Positions 18,559 to 28,243 of a stretch of 64,000 nt of DNA are shown piece by piece. Position numbers and translations under genes: made by a program. Position 1 is the stretch's first letter. Every line of letters starts with the position of its first letter. The notes beneath the pieces were generated by a model. It ran no database searches, was not told the origin of the DNA, and was given only the letters and a program-made list of their open reading frames with translations. Origin of the DNA: Candidatus Heimdallarchaeum endolithica. Lineage in GTDB: Archaea > Asgardarchaeota > Heimdallarchaeia > Heimdallarchaeales > Heimdallarchaeaceae. The stretch covers positions 2,848,001-2,912,000 of the forward strand of contig CP084167.1 in NCBI GenBank assembly GCA_021513715.1, in the 5' to 3' direction.

Positions 18559-20157
18559 TTAATTAATTTCATAGATATTATTTTTTTTAGTTTTGCCCAT
18601 AAAATAAATTGTCAAAGGAGTAGTTACTAACATTGAGGAACCTAATATGCCTAACCCTAACCAAAAAGATCCTCCAAAAGAGTTATTGATAAAGTCTAGT
18701 ACTGAACAAGCAACCATAATGCCTCCAACAATTGTGACAAAAACAAGATAAGAATAAATAGGAACTCTTTCGTTCCACTTGTCTTTTCCCCTTATGGGTT
18801 CTTTATTAGAAATTAGAGATTTAAAAGTTGCATAAATTGTAAATGGATTGAATACAAGAGCGAATATGTAAAAGAAAATTAAATCTCTATATTTGTAATT
18901 CATATTGCTCCTATTTGCAAAACTTATTGAAAGAATACCAGAAAGGTAATATGATAAACTAAAAGATACTGGTATTATTAATAAAGGCAGAAAATCCTGA
19001 ATCGGAGGGCGGATTAATGATATATTGGAGAAAAACATTGTTATGTATATAAAACCAGAAAAATATAGAACTGAAGCAACTAAAAAAAGTGAGATGCTAA
19101 ATAATAGATCTATTTTATCGAAAAATGATAAGTCAGAACGTAAAATTTCTCTCCATTTCTTACTAAGGACAGTAAATTGACCTTTAGCCCATCTGATAAT
19201 TTGTGAAATAAGGACATCAAACTTAGCAGGAACTAGTCCTAAACTACCATATTCGTCTAAAAGAACTCCCTTATACCTTTTTTCTAAGATTTCAACTGTA
19301 GTAGCAACGTCTTCAGTAAAAGAATATCTTGGGATGCCACCTATCTCTTTAAGAATTTTAGTTCGAAAGCAAGCGGATGAACCATTAAAAATAGTAGTTT
19401 TTCTAATACTTTTTGATCTACCAAATATCTCGAAAAATTGAGCATACATTACAGACTCCCATAATTGCAATTTGGATTTTACTTCTCTAAAATTGACTTT
19501 TGTTTGGACATATGCAATCCTATCATCTTTTTCTAGCATTAGTACACATTTTTCAAGCACAGTTGGAAAAATTGTATGGTCGTAATCTAAGAAAAAAATG
19601 TATTCTGTCTCTACAGTTTGCAAAATCTCGTTTAACATTCCTGCTTTGAAATGTTTGTTCAAAGGAGAGAAAAAATATATCGCATTATATTCATCAGCTA
19701 AACTCTTAGTCTTAAATGCTAATTCTTCATTTAATGTGTCATCCCCTATTATTACTTTTACTTTTGATTTTGGATAGTCCATTTTCTTAAGTGCAACTAG
19801 TGTTTCTTTTAACACATCTATTATCGGATTATGGACAGGAACAACAACTGTAACTTCTGGTAGTTCTTTTTTTTCATATTCTTGAGTTTCAAGAGTATTT
19901 AATTGAGGATGAAAACAACTATTTGCCATATGATAAAATAGTAGTGTTGTATAAAAGATACCAAAAGTTTCGAAGAATAGAGAAATAAAGTTTAGTAGAA
20001 TTTGAAGAATTAATTTTGTAGTTAGTTTTGAAACGAAAAGAGGATAGACATTTAAGTAAATTGACCATATAAGATAAAAACAACCTAGAATTAATGATGA
20101 TAATGTGAAAAAGTAGAGTAAAGTTCCAATAATTACCCATTTCTTACTAGGTTTCAT
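18559..20157 (-). CDS. Processive GT2 glycosyltransferase, cellulose synthase (BcsA/Csl)-like
   Basis: VPVHN, GDD, FKAGMLN, DYDH, YVQT, FNGS, TED, QIIRWAKG with flanking TMs. Confidence 0.9.
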   Translation of the reverse strand: MKPSKKWVIIGTLLYFFTLSSLILGCFYLIWSIYLNVYPLFVSKLTTKLILQILLNFISLFFETFGIFYTTLLFYHMANSCFHPQLNTLETQEYEKKELPEVTVVVPVHNPIIDVLKETLVALKKMDYPKSKVKVIIGDDTLNEELAFKTKSLADEYNAIYFFSPLNKHFKAGMLNEILQTVETEYIFFLDYDHTIFPTVLEKCVLMLEKDDRIAYVQTKVNFREVKSKLQLWESVMYAQFFEIFGRSKSIRKTTIFNGSSACFRTKILKEIGGIPRYSFTEDVATTVEILEKRYKGVLLDEYGSLGLVPAKFDVLISQIIRWAKGQFTVLSKKWREILRSDLSFFDKIDLLFSISLFLVASVLYFSGFIYITMFFSNISLIRPPIQDFLPLLIIPVSFSLSYYLSGILSISFANRSNMNYKYRDLIFFYIFALVFNPFTIYATFKSLISNKEPIRGKDKWNERVPIYSYLVFVTIVGGIMVACSVLDFINNSFGGSFWLGLGILGSSMLVTTPLTIYFMGKTKKNNIYEIN

Positions 20158-20224
20158 TCAATCCCGTACATCGCTTTTTAATTCGGATATTTATCGAGTT
20201 TATTAAATATTTTGAAAAGTCATA

Positions 20225-20303
20225 TTGAGAATAAAAGATCAGGGTGAGCTAGGTTCATCACTGTTCAGCGGTTGTAATTCTTCTTCATCTCTATTATTCT
20301 CAA
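20225..20303 (-). ncRNA. Box C/D 2'-O-methylation guide sRNA
   Basis: Minus strand reads ATGAAGA (C) - 13 nt - CTGA (D') - ACA - GTGATGA (C') - 12 nt - CTGA (D), enclosed by perfect 10-bp inverted repeat TTGAGAATAA/TTATTCTCAA; intergenic and GC-richer than flanks. Confidence 0.88.
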
Positions 20304-20334
20304 GAGCAATTTAATTATGTAATTATAATTTTTC

Positions 20335-21366
20335 TTATTCTTCTTTTTCTTCTTCAAATGGGACTTCTTCTATTTGAACCTCTTCTTCTTCTATCATATC
20401 TATTTGTTTCTCTTCCATTTGCCTTTTTTGCTCTAATTGTTCTGGTGGTAAAAGAGCTTCTATCTGGTTTTTAGGTACTGGAGGAGGTACAAATCTTTTT
20501 ACTAGATTCTGTATTTTCTCTTTTTCTTTAGATAAATTAAGTCGGTCACAAATTTCATAGAATTGTTCTTCGAACAAATACAACTCTTCAAGTAAATCCT
20601 TGTATATTGTATTTAGCTCTTTATCGCTCAACTTTGCTATTTCATCAGAGCAAATTTCTTGAATATATTCTTTAAGAAAATCATCGTCTTTCGTTTCTTC
20701 AGCTACAAAGAACATAAATTTGGAAATGTTAGGTTGGGAACCATGTACTGCAGTCTGAATGAGAATTTTTCTATATTTAGTAGTTAAATCTTTTCTAAAT
20801 TCGTTTTTGTCTATTCTTAAAACCTCTGATAGCTCGTTTTCCCATTTATCATCTAATTTGGAAAAATTAAAAGCTATTGCTGGAATGGTGTGCTTCATAA
20901 TAATTTCTTTATGTTTTGTCAATTCTTCTTCAGGTATATCTCTTACATTTTTGAGGAACAAACTGTAATATTGTGGGTTTCCTGAAATTTCAAAGTATTT
21001 TAATAAAGGTATAACAACTTGTTGGGGTTCTAATCCTTTAAAGTAAAGTTTTAACAAATATGGCCTGAAAACATAAGGGGCAACCATTAAAAGTAATAAA
21101 GGAATGAATAGATAAGATATTGGAAATCTTAAAGCAAGTAAAACTACACTCGCAACAATGATTATTGCATATAAACCATAATTGAAAAGCCTTAAAGTCT
21201 TTTTTGCATTATATCTGTTAGCACAAATAGGACAAATTCGTTCTTGTTTCATATTATAATCTTGATCTAAATCACAAATTGCTAATTTGCACTCAGCACA
21301 CTTCTCAGTAGATTCATTGTGAATATGAAAAGCGCAATTTTCTTTTATTTCTCCATCAAAGCTCAT
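20335..21366 (-). CDS. B-box-like zinc finger, 2 TM, helical domain protein
   Basis: CAFH...CAEC...IC...ICPIC, two hydrophobic helices, acidic tail. Confidence 0.65.
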   Translation of the reverse strand: MSFDGEIKENCAFHIHNESTEKCAECKLAICDLDQDYNMKQERICPICANRYNAKKTLRLFNYGLYAIIIVASVVLLALRFPISYLFIPLLLLMVAPYVFRPYLLKLYFKGLEPQQVVIPLLKYFEISGNPQYYSLFLKNVRDIPEEELTKHKEIIMKHTIPAIAFNFSKLDDKWENELSEVLRIDKNEFRKDLTTKYRKILIQTAVHGSQPNISKFMFFVAEETKDDDFLKEYIQEICSDEIAKLSDKELNTIYKDLLEELYLFEEQFYEICDRLNLSKEKEKIQNLVKRFVPPPVPKNQIEALLPPEQLEQKRQMEEKQIDMIEEEEVQIEEVPFEEEKEE

Positions 21367-21495
21367 TTCAATACAAAATTCTGGAGAAGTTTTTTAACTT
21401 TATCTATTGCTTGAAATTTCTAATTTGATTAAATTAAAGGAATGTTTCCCAAAGATAATAAGTCTTAAAATAATAGCGATAAATGTTGAGCTGAA

Positions 21496-23133
21496 ATGAA
21501 TAATCCTTATGAAATCGAAGAACGTGAGTATAAACATTGGGCAACAGTTGTAAGTGAACAAGCAATCCAATTGTTTGGTAATAATCAAGTTGTAGCAACT
21601 GGTTGGGCTCCTAGCGGATATTATCACATAGGCAATTTTAAAGAAGCTGTAACTTGCCGTGCTATTTACAATGAATTGAAAAATCTAGGTGCAAAAACAC
21701 GCTTTATTCTAAATATTGATGATGTTGACCCTTTTGATAAAGTACCTTCTTTTTTCAAAAAGGATTATGGAAAAGGGCTTCACAAATATATAGGTTTTCC
21801 GATTAATCAAGTACCTGATCCATTAGGTTGTCATAATTCATATGCAGAGCACTTCATCGCCAATGCTTTAAGTATTATGGAATCATTTGATGTAACACCT
21901 GAAAATCTTAGCACAGCAGAACTTTACAAGAAAGGAGAATATGACAAATATGCAAAGTTATTCTTAGAAAAAAGAGAACAAGTATATCAATTAACAGAAC
22001 AAATTACTGGTTCTAGAATGGAAGAATTTATGCTTATCCAGTGTCCAAAGTGTGGTAACCTTGCAGCTCCTAAGATGACAGGCTTCAGTATTGAAGATGA
22101 AAAAATATTTGTTGACATTGAATGTAGGAAAGAAAAAAAAGGCTGTGGTGAAAAAAGTTCAATTCAATTGGGTGAAACAACTTGGAAACTTAAATGGCGT
22201 TTAGATTGGGCTTCTAGACAAGATTTCTTGGGCGTTACTGTTGAATCTTCAGGAAAAGATCATGGTGTAGCTGGGGGTTCAATTGATACTTCTTTAGCAA
22301 TACATAAAGATATATTCCAAAAAGAAAAACTCCCTCTCTTAATTCAACACGGTTTTCTTACTTTTGGAGGAAAAAAATTAAGTGGTAGTTCTGGCAGTGG
22401 TATGCCTGTTACTGAATTTCCAAAAATTCTTGACCCAACAGTTTTTTTGTATAAAATCTATAGACAAAATCTAAGAACAGATTTTGATTTTAATGTAAGT
22501 ATAGATGTACCTAAAGTTGCAGCAGAATTCGATCAAGCTGAGAAACTATATTTTAGCAAGGAAACAATAGAAAAAGATAAAGCTTCCAAAAAGATAATTA
22601 AAGCATATGAGTTGGCGCTTATTGACAAACCTACGTCCAAACCAGTTATTAGAATTGATTATGGGCATCTTTCTACAATTATGCAAGTATGTCTCTTTGA
22701 TCAAGAAGTAACCTTACAAAGATTATATGAAACAAATTATATTCCAAGAAAATTAACAGATTATGAGTATGATCTTTTTAAGAAACGATTTGAGAGAGCT
22801 AAATATTGGTTAGAAAATTATGCTGATGACAGAATTCGATTTAAAATACTAGATGTTCCAGACTGTTCTCAGGTTCAAAAAAGTACTACTGAAATTATTT
22901 TGTCTCTAAGTAAAGCGATAGAAAATCTGCCTGAAGATATACATGGTGATGATATTACACAATTCTTATATGAGAAAGCTAAAGCAAATGAAATTAAACC
23001 TAAAGACTTTTTCAAAGTTTTATATCTAATAATTTTAGGTAAAACTTTTGGGCCAAGAGCAGGGACGCTTATTGAAGCAATAGGAAAGGAACGTGTAATA
23101 GCAATGATGAAAAAAGCTTTATCTTGTTTTTAA
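21496..23133 (+). CDS. lysS: Lysyl-tRNA synthetase, class I
   Basis: PSG..HIGN, D.FDKVP, KL.WRLDW, GKDH, KLSGSSG (KMSSS equivalent), GPRAG anticodon domain. Confidence 0.95.
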   Translation: MNNPYEIEEREYKHWATVVSEQAIQLFGNNQVVATGWAPSGYYHIGNFKEAVTCRAIYNELKNLGAKTRFILNIDDVDPFDKVPSFFKKDYGKGLHKYIGFPINQVPDPLGCHNSYAEHFIANALSIMESFDVTPENLSTAELYKKGEYDKYAKLFLEKREQVYQLTEQITGSRMEEFMLIQCPKCGNLAAPKMTGFSIEDEKIFVDIECRKEKKGCGEKSSIQLGETTWKLKWRLDWASRQDFLGVTVESSGKDHGVAGGSIDTSLAIHKDIFQKEKLPLLIQHGFLTFGGKKLSGSSGSGMPVTEFPKILDPTVFLYKIYRQNLRTDFDFNVSIDVPKVAAEFDQAEKLYFSKETIEKDKASKKIIKAYELALIDKPTSKPVIRIDYGHLSTIMQVCLFDQEVTLQRLYETNYIPRKLTDYEYDLFKKRFERAKYWLENYADDRIRFKILDVPDCSQVQKSTTEIILSLSKAIENLPEDIHGDDITQFLYEKAKANEIKPKDFFKVLYLIILGKTFGPRAGTLIEAIGKERVIAMMKKALSCF

Positions 23134-23187
23134 TTTAGTTGTCGATAACGAAACATATACATAGTTCGTTTTTGTTTTTTTTTTGTA

Positions 23188-24066
23188 ATGAGTGAAATAC
23201 TTAATATTGTTCTTCTTGGATTGGAAAATGCAGGAAAAACAACTCTCCTAAATACATTAAAAGGAGAAAAATTTAGAGAAACAAGAACAACAATTGGAAT
23301 TAATGTGGATCTCATAAATTATAATGGATACAAATTTCAAGCAATTGATGTAGGAGGACAAAGAGTATTTAGAGATACATTGTGGCCCCAATATACAAAA
23401 CTTGCTAGTGGTGTAATTTATATCTTTGATATATTTGATAAAAGAAAGTTAAGTGAAGCTAAAAAATGGTTTGATGAAATCCAAACATGGGTAACAGAAA
23501 AAGCTGTATTTCTCTTTTTAGCGAACAAAATAGACCTAAAAGAAGAAAAACAAGATTTTATGTCACTTGATGATATAATAAAAAGTTTCAATTTGGAAAG
23601 ATTTTCTCTCTATCCAGAACAAAGTTTTAGAATTTTTGAAATTTCTGCAAAAACTGGAAAAAATGTGGACATCGCAATCAAATGGCTGTTTGAAAAATTA
23701 TCAGAGCAAGTTAGAAAGCAGACAAATCTTTCTTTCATTTTTGTACATAACAGTGATTTTAAGTTAATATATGTTAATTCTGAGAAAATGAAGATCTTGG
23801 AAAAATTGTTATTAAAACAAGTATCTCAACTTAGAAAAAACAATAAAAAAATTTCATTTTTAAATGTTGAAGAGTATAAACTGTTTTTTTATGCTGATTC
23901 TCAATTTAGTATTATTCTTGGAACAAAAGAAAATTTACCTCAACAGTTCTTCATAAATGTAGCTATAGAAATAGCACATGAGCTAAAAACAAACCATCTT
24001 CCACTAAACCACTATAAACCTGAACTAGATGGAATAATAAATGGGATTTTATTAAAGGAAAAATAA
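23188..24066 (+). CDS. Arf/Sar-like small GTPase fused to C-terminal longin/roadblock-like domain
   Basis: G1 GLENAGKT, G2 TT.G, G3 DVGGQ, G4 NKID, G5 SAK; ~110-aa C-terminal alpha/beta domain. Confidence 0.88.
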   Translation: MSEILNIVLLGLENAGKTTLLNTLKGEKFRETRTTIGINVDLINYNGYKFQAIDVGGQRVFRDTLWPQYTKLASGVIYIFDIFDKRKLSEAKKWFDEIQTWVTEKAVFLFLANKIDLKEEKQDFMSLDDIIKSFNLERFSLYPEQSFRIFEISAKTGKNVDIAIKWLFEKLSEQVRKQTNLSFIFVHNSDFKLIYVNSEKMKILEKLLLKQVSQLRKNNKKISFLNVEEYKLFFYADSQFSIILGTKENLPQQFFINVAIEIAHELKTNHLPLNHYKPELDGIINGILLKEK

Positions 24067-24097
24067 TTAAGTTATGCAGTAAAATTATAGTTGACCA

Positions 24098-25942
24098 ATG
24101 ACTATTATTTTTTCACGTGATACTACTACTTTAATTGAAGGGTATTTTAAACAAAACCAAATAAGTGTTTCCAATAATAATGAAGATATTGAAATTATAA
24201 TTACTTCTGTAACTAGAATCTTTAAAACTGTGCGGAAACAGCATGGCAAAGAAGTTCACATACTTCAATTAACTTTTGGTAAAGAAGGTAGCATTTTAAT
24301 TTATCGTAAAGATGATAATGAAGATGCTGCTGATATAAAATTTGTACTTATTTTAAATCCTTTGTTAAATATTCCTGAATTAAGAAATGAAATAACAAGC
24401 CTATTAAGTAATTATTTAGACGATTTAGAAGCAATAACAGAAGATGCAGTTATAGATCTTTTATTACTCTTTGAACAAAAAGAATCAAAAGTTTTTCCTA
24501 CGAGTTTTCTCGACTATTTACCGCTCTCAATAAATCCTATCTTTTTTTTAGCTGAAAATCAATTGGGCAAAAGTAAACTTGTTGAGCCAAATCTACCACT
24601 TTTTAGTGTTAACCATCCTATATTGAAAATTTTTAACTCTGTTTTGCTAAATAAACATCCTGTTATCAATATACATTTTGAGGAACTAATAGAAATAAAT
24701 ATGGAAGAAAAGATTCGTCTTCAATATAATTTTGCTTTATTGTTAATAAAGATCAATATGCAAGAATTAGGGCTTAAATTACTAGAATCACTGTTAAATA
24801 CTCCCCTTTATTATATTAATCAACTTACACGTTGTTTATTCGCATATAACTTAATATCTATAGACTCAAGTTTCGCAAAAACATTGGTTACAGAAGTAGA
24901 TGAGAGCTTTATGTTAAAATTATCTCCAAGTACAAGAGTTATTTTTCACACATTAAAAGGCCAAATATTTGAACAAGAAAAAATGTTTAAAGAAAGCTAC
25001 CTTCAATATTCAACTGCAATTTCCCTATCTACTAGTATTTCAGATGTTATGCAACATTTGGCATTTGCTTATTTAGGGATTGGTAATATTATGAGTACAA
25101 TAAACGATTTTGAAAAGGCGATTTTTTCTTTTTCCATTGCTAGTTCTATTTTTGACTATTTAGGGGAAAAACAAATTAAGAACACTGTGCAATCAAATAT
25201 TGAAAAAGTCAAACTTATACAAGCAAAGAACTATCTTGCTGCTGTGATGATGAGTTTGAATGAGGAAAAATACGAACAAGCAGTTTTTTTTCTTCGAAAA
25301 TCAATTTCATTATTTGCTAAAATTTTATTGGAGATTTCAACTCCATACCTAAGTGAAGTCAGTCGAGAAATAAAAGGCATATTATCTTCTTTCAAGAACA
25401 GATTATATTTTGATGAATCGTTTAAAAATTATGAACAAAAATTAATCTTAAAGTTTGAAGAACTTTTAAGAATCACTTCTATACTGAAAAAAGAGCATCT
25501 TACAGAAACCATACACAAACAATTAACTGTTCTCTCAAAGCCAGAACAAATAATATTGAAACAACTTTTGTTTATATATGAAGATGGAAGATTAATGTAT
25601 TCATATTCTCCTAGTGATAAAACAGGTTTTGAAAAAGATTTTATTTTTGCTGGAGTATTATCAGCAATACAAATGCTACTAAGTGAGGCATTAGAAACTG
25701 AAAATTTTTTTAATATTGATGCTGGAAATGTTAAGTTGTTTATTAAAAGAGGACGTTTTGCTTCAATAATATGTATCGTTAATGTAGTCAATGAACAAGT
25801 AAAAAGCTTTATTGATAATTTAATGACTCGATTTGAAAGCGAATTTACTGAAGCAATAAAGGATTGGGAAGGAGATCTTAAAAGATTCAGAAGTCTCGAA
25901 AAAATTATTGAGGACCTCTTGTTGTCTAAAATTGCTCAATAA
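24098..25942 (+). CDS. TPR-containing protein with C-terminal longin-like domain
   Basis: Central TPR-like helices (LAFAYLGIGNI...FEKAI..F..A); C-terminal LLFIY.DGRL.YS...AGVLSAIQ.LL.E...F...F...I.DW.GDL pattern typical of Asgard longin-like domains. Confidence 0.75.
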   Translation: MTIIFSRDTTTLIEGYFKQNQISVSNNNEDIEIIITSVTRIFKTVRKQHGKEVHILQLTFGKEGSILIYRKDDNEDAADIKFVLILNPLLNIPELRNEITSLLSNYLDDLEAITEDAVIDLLLLFEQKESKVFPTSFLDYLPLSINPIFFLAENQLGKSKLVEPNLPLFSVNHPILKIFNSVLLNKHPVINIHFEELIEINMEEKIRLQYNFALLLIKINMQELGLKLLESLLNTPLYYINQLTRCLFAYNLISIDSSFAKTLVTEVDESFMLKLSPSTRVIFHTLKGQIFEQEKMFKESYLQYSTAISLSTSISDVMQHLAFAYLGIGNIMSTINDFEKAIFSFSIASSIFDYLGEKQIKNTVQSNIEKVKLIQAKNYLAAVMMSLNEEKYEQAVFFLRKSISLFAKILLEISTPYLSEVSREIKGILSSFKNRLYFDESFKNYEQKLILKFEELLRITSILKKEHLTETIHKQLTVLSKPEQIILKQLLFIYEDGRLMYSYSPSDKTGFEKDFIFAGVLSAIQMLLSEALETENFFNIDAGNVKLFIKRGRFASIICIVNVVNEQVKSFIDNLMTRFESEFTEAIKDWEGDLKRFRSLEKIIEDLLLSKIAQ

Positions 25943-26005
25943 AGCTCTTATAATTGGTTAAAACAGCACGAAAAATAAGAATAAAGATAGAAAAGTAAGT
26001 ATTGT

Positions 26006-27565
26006 TTATTCTGGTAAACGTATTAAGTCCCTAAAAACTTCTGATTTTCTCTCTAAAACTTCCTTTTCTCCTTGACTGTTTAGGAAAATAGAAAATGTCT
26101 CTAGCATCGGAGAAGTATCTCCACTGATCTTTAGATATACTCTTTGTTCTTCATTCTCTTTAGGTACATCCAAAATCAATGTCATTTTTTTGTAATTGTC
26201 CTTGTTTTCTTCTATTATTTGAATATCTTCTGGGTTTTTTCTTGTAATAACATGCATTAGGGGAATTTTATCTTCTATAGAAACTACTCCATCTAAGTTT
26301 TTGGTAGACTTAATAACATAAAGAATAGTATAACCTGACTCTGTGCTCTTTAAATAAATGAATTTAGCACTTTTAATAATTATCTCGCCACTTTCATTCT
26401 CAACAACTTTCTTTGCTCTGAAAAGGTAAGGATAATAGTCAAGTTGGTAGGTTTTAGTTAAGACTTGTCCCATGTTGACATTTTTATGGAGCCAGCGAAT
26501 TGTAGTTCCTTTCATTTTAGCTTTTTCAATTGTTCCAGAAGGAGGAATCACATCTGGATTGCTCCTCTGAATTTCAAATTCTGGAGGAATGTCGTCTGTG
26601 ATATACAGTTCATTAATAATCCGATTGTGAACGTTCAAATATTTTGTTTTTGATACAAACTGCAACCCTTCTGTTTTAATTGTTTCAAATACATTTAATG
26701 TGTTAATTATTTTTTTATCCAATATTTCTAAAATTGTTCTATTAATTCTTCTTCTAAAGTTATATTTTGCTTGAAATTTCTGTTTAGGAGCAAGTTCAGG
26801 TATGTTCCAAATAATTTCCAAAAATTCATCGTTCTTATTCTTTAATGGATCTACTTCTGCACCATGAATGTCAATTTTATTGATTTTAAAACAATAAGGA
26901 ATTTGATCTATAATTTTTATGTCTTTTATTGGAGCATCATATTCATTTTCCAATTCTGATTTAATAACAAAGTCTCCTATCCCCTCTCCAACAAATATAC
27001 TATTGTCTTTTTCTGCTGTTATTAGTTTTCCATCTGGAGCTCTAAAGCTATTTGTACTTTTAACTTTTTCAGGATAATTATATTTATTGTCTTCTATTAT
27101 CTTGAATATTAACTCCTTTTTGGCGTATTCATCGTCAGGAAGTTCAGAGAGAGTGTTCTCTTTTCCTATCACACGTGTGTCTTCTTCAATATCCCAACTT
27201 TCTTCTTGTTTCCTTGTATCAAGTGTTTTTGTGTCTACAATTAAATCTTCTATGGGTTTTTCTAATATTGTATCTGTCTTTAATAGTCGAAGAATAAGCT
27301 TATAATCTGCATTTATTCCCATTTCTTGTAAAAACTCTTCAATCCATCGAGCTACACGGGTTTCGTGAGGAGCTAAAATTGTAGCCCAAAACTCAAAGAC
27401 TGTTTTTACTACTTCATGTAAATTTTTGCATAATCGCTCATTTATTAATCCTGACTTATCATGAAAGGAAACTGTTCCACCCAAAGCAGTAGAAAATAAA
27501 TTTGTGTTTGGTTCAATGTTTATAAAATATCGAGTAGAGCCCCAAAGAAGTTTTCCTGTTGTCAT
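26006..27565 (-). CDS. Hypothetical protein with three tandem Ig-like (DUF11/TRAP-beta-like) beta-sandwich repeats
   Basis: Repeats I.D.IP (IIDQIP, ITDDIP, IEDKIP), the first two followed by I.W; no signal peptide. Confidence 0.6.
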   Translation of the reverse strand: MTTGKLLWGSTRYFINIEPNTNLFSTALGGTVSFHDKSGLINERLCKNLHEVVKTVFEFWATILAPHETRVARWIEEFLQEMGINADYKLILRLLKTDTILEKPIEDLIVDTKTLDTRKQEESWDIEEDTRVIGKENTLSELPDDEYAKKELIFKIIEDNKYNYPEKVKSTNSFRAPDGKLITAEKDNSIFVGEGIGDFVIKSELENEYDAPIKDIKIIDQIPYCFKINKIDIHGAEVDPLKNKNDEFLEIIWNIPELAPKQKFQAKYNFRRRINRTILEILDKKIINTLNVFETIKTEGLQFVSKTKYLNVHNRIINELYITDDIPPEFEIQRSNPDVIPPSGTIEKAKMKGTTIRWLHKNVNMGQVLTKTYQLDYYPYLFRAKKVVENESGEIIIKSAKFIYLKSTESGYTILYVIKSTKNLDGVVSIEDKIPLMHVITRKNPEDIQIIEENKDNYKKMTLILDVPKENEEQRVYLKISGDTSPMLETFSIFLNSQGEKEVLERKSEVFRDLIRLPE

Positions 27566-28182
27566 TATTTCACCACTCCAATAACAATACGCTCATTTAT
27601 AGAAATAACTTGATATTCAACTGTTTTTTCTGTTGAAACCTCGATTTCTTCTATTGTATCAGAACTATAATTGTAAACACTTAACTTATACGTACCTTCC
27701 TCTAATGATTCAGAAACATATTTTTTAATTTGGGTGAGGGAATTAAATAAAACTGAAGGCGAACTTAAAACAGGAACATAATCCCCAAAAACATCTCTTC
27801 TCAAAATTTCTATAACTTCTCTATTTTCTTTTTTTCCAAATTTCTCTTTATAGAGTCTTTTAGCTGTTTGTAAATAAAAATTAATAATTTCTTCGCTTTC
27901 AGCTAAGTTATAAATCTCTTTTGCTTTTTCTAACTCATTTAGATATAGATATCTAGTTATCAATTTGGCTAAAGCAAAAGCATATAAGTCCTCATAATCG
28001 TTTTTTGAAATATCAGCGAGAAAATTCCATAAAATGGTTGATTCTAGATATTTCTCATTTTTTTCTAATTCTAAAGTTTTTTTGGTAATGGTTTTTAATA
28101 CTTCATTTATTTTGTCTTCATTAAATAATTCTTTTACTTCTCTGATAATTTCTTGAATCGAACCTTTGCTCATAATAGCCAC
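27565..28182 (-). CDS. Hypothetical protein (helical N-terminus), translationally coupled to the downstream gene
   Basis: 205-aa ORF; stop overlaps next start (TAATG). Confidence 0.7.
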   Translation of the reverse strand: MAIMSKGSIQEIIREVKELFNEDKINEVLKTITKKTLELEKNEKYLESTILWNFLADISKNDYEDLYAFALAKLITRYLYLNELEKAKEIYNLAESEEIINFYLQTAKRLYKEKFGKKENREVIEILRRDVFGDYVPVLSSPSVLFNSLTQIKKYVSESLEEGTYKLSVYNYSSDTIEEIEVSTEKTVEYQVISINERIVIGVVK

Positions 28183-28243
28183 TCTTTCTTCACCTAAGTT
28201 TGTTTAATTAACTATATAATTGTTACTCTCTCCAGATTTTTTT

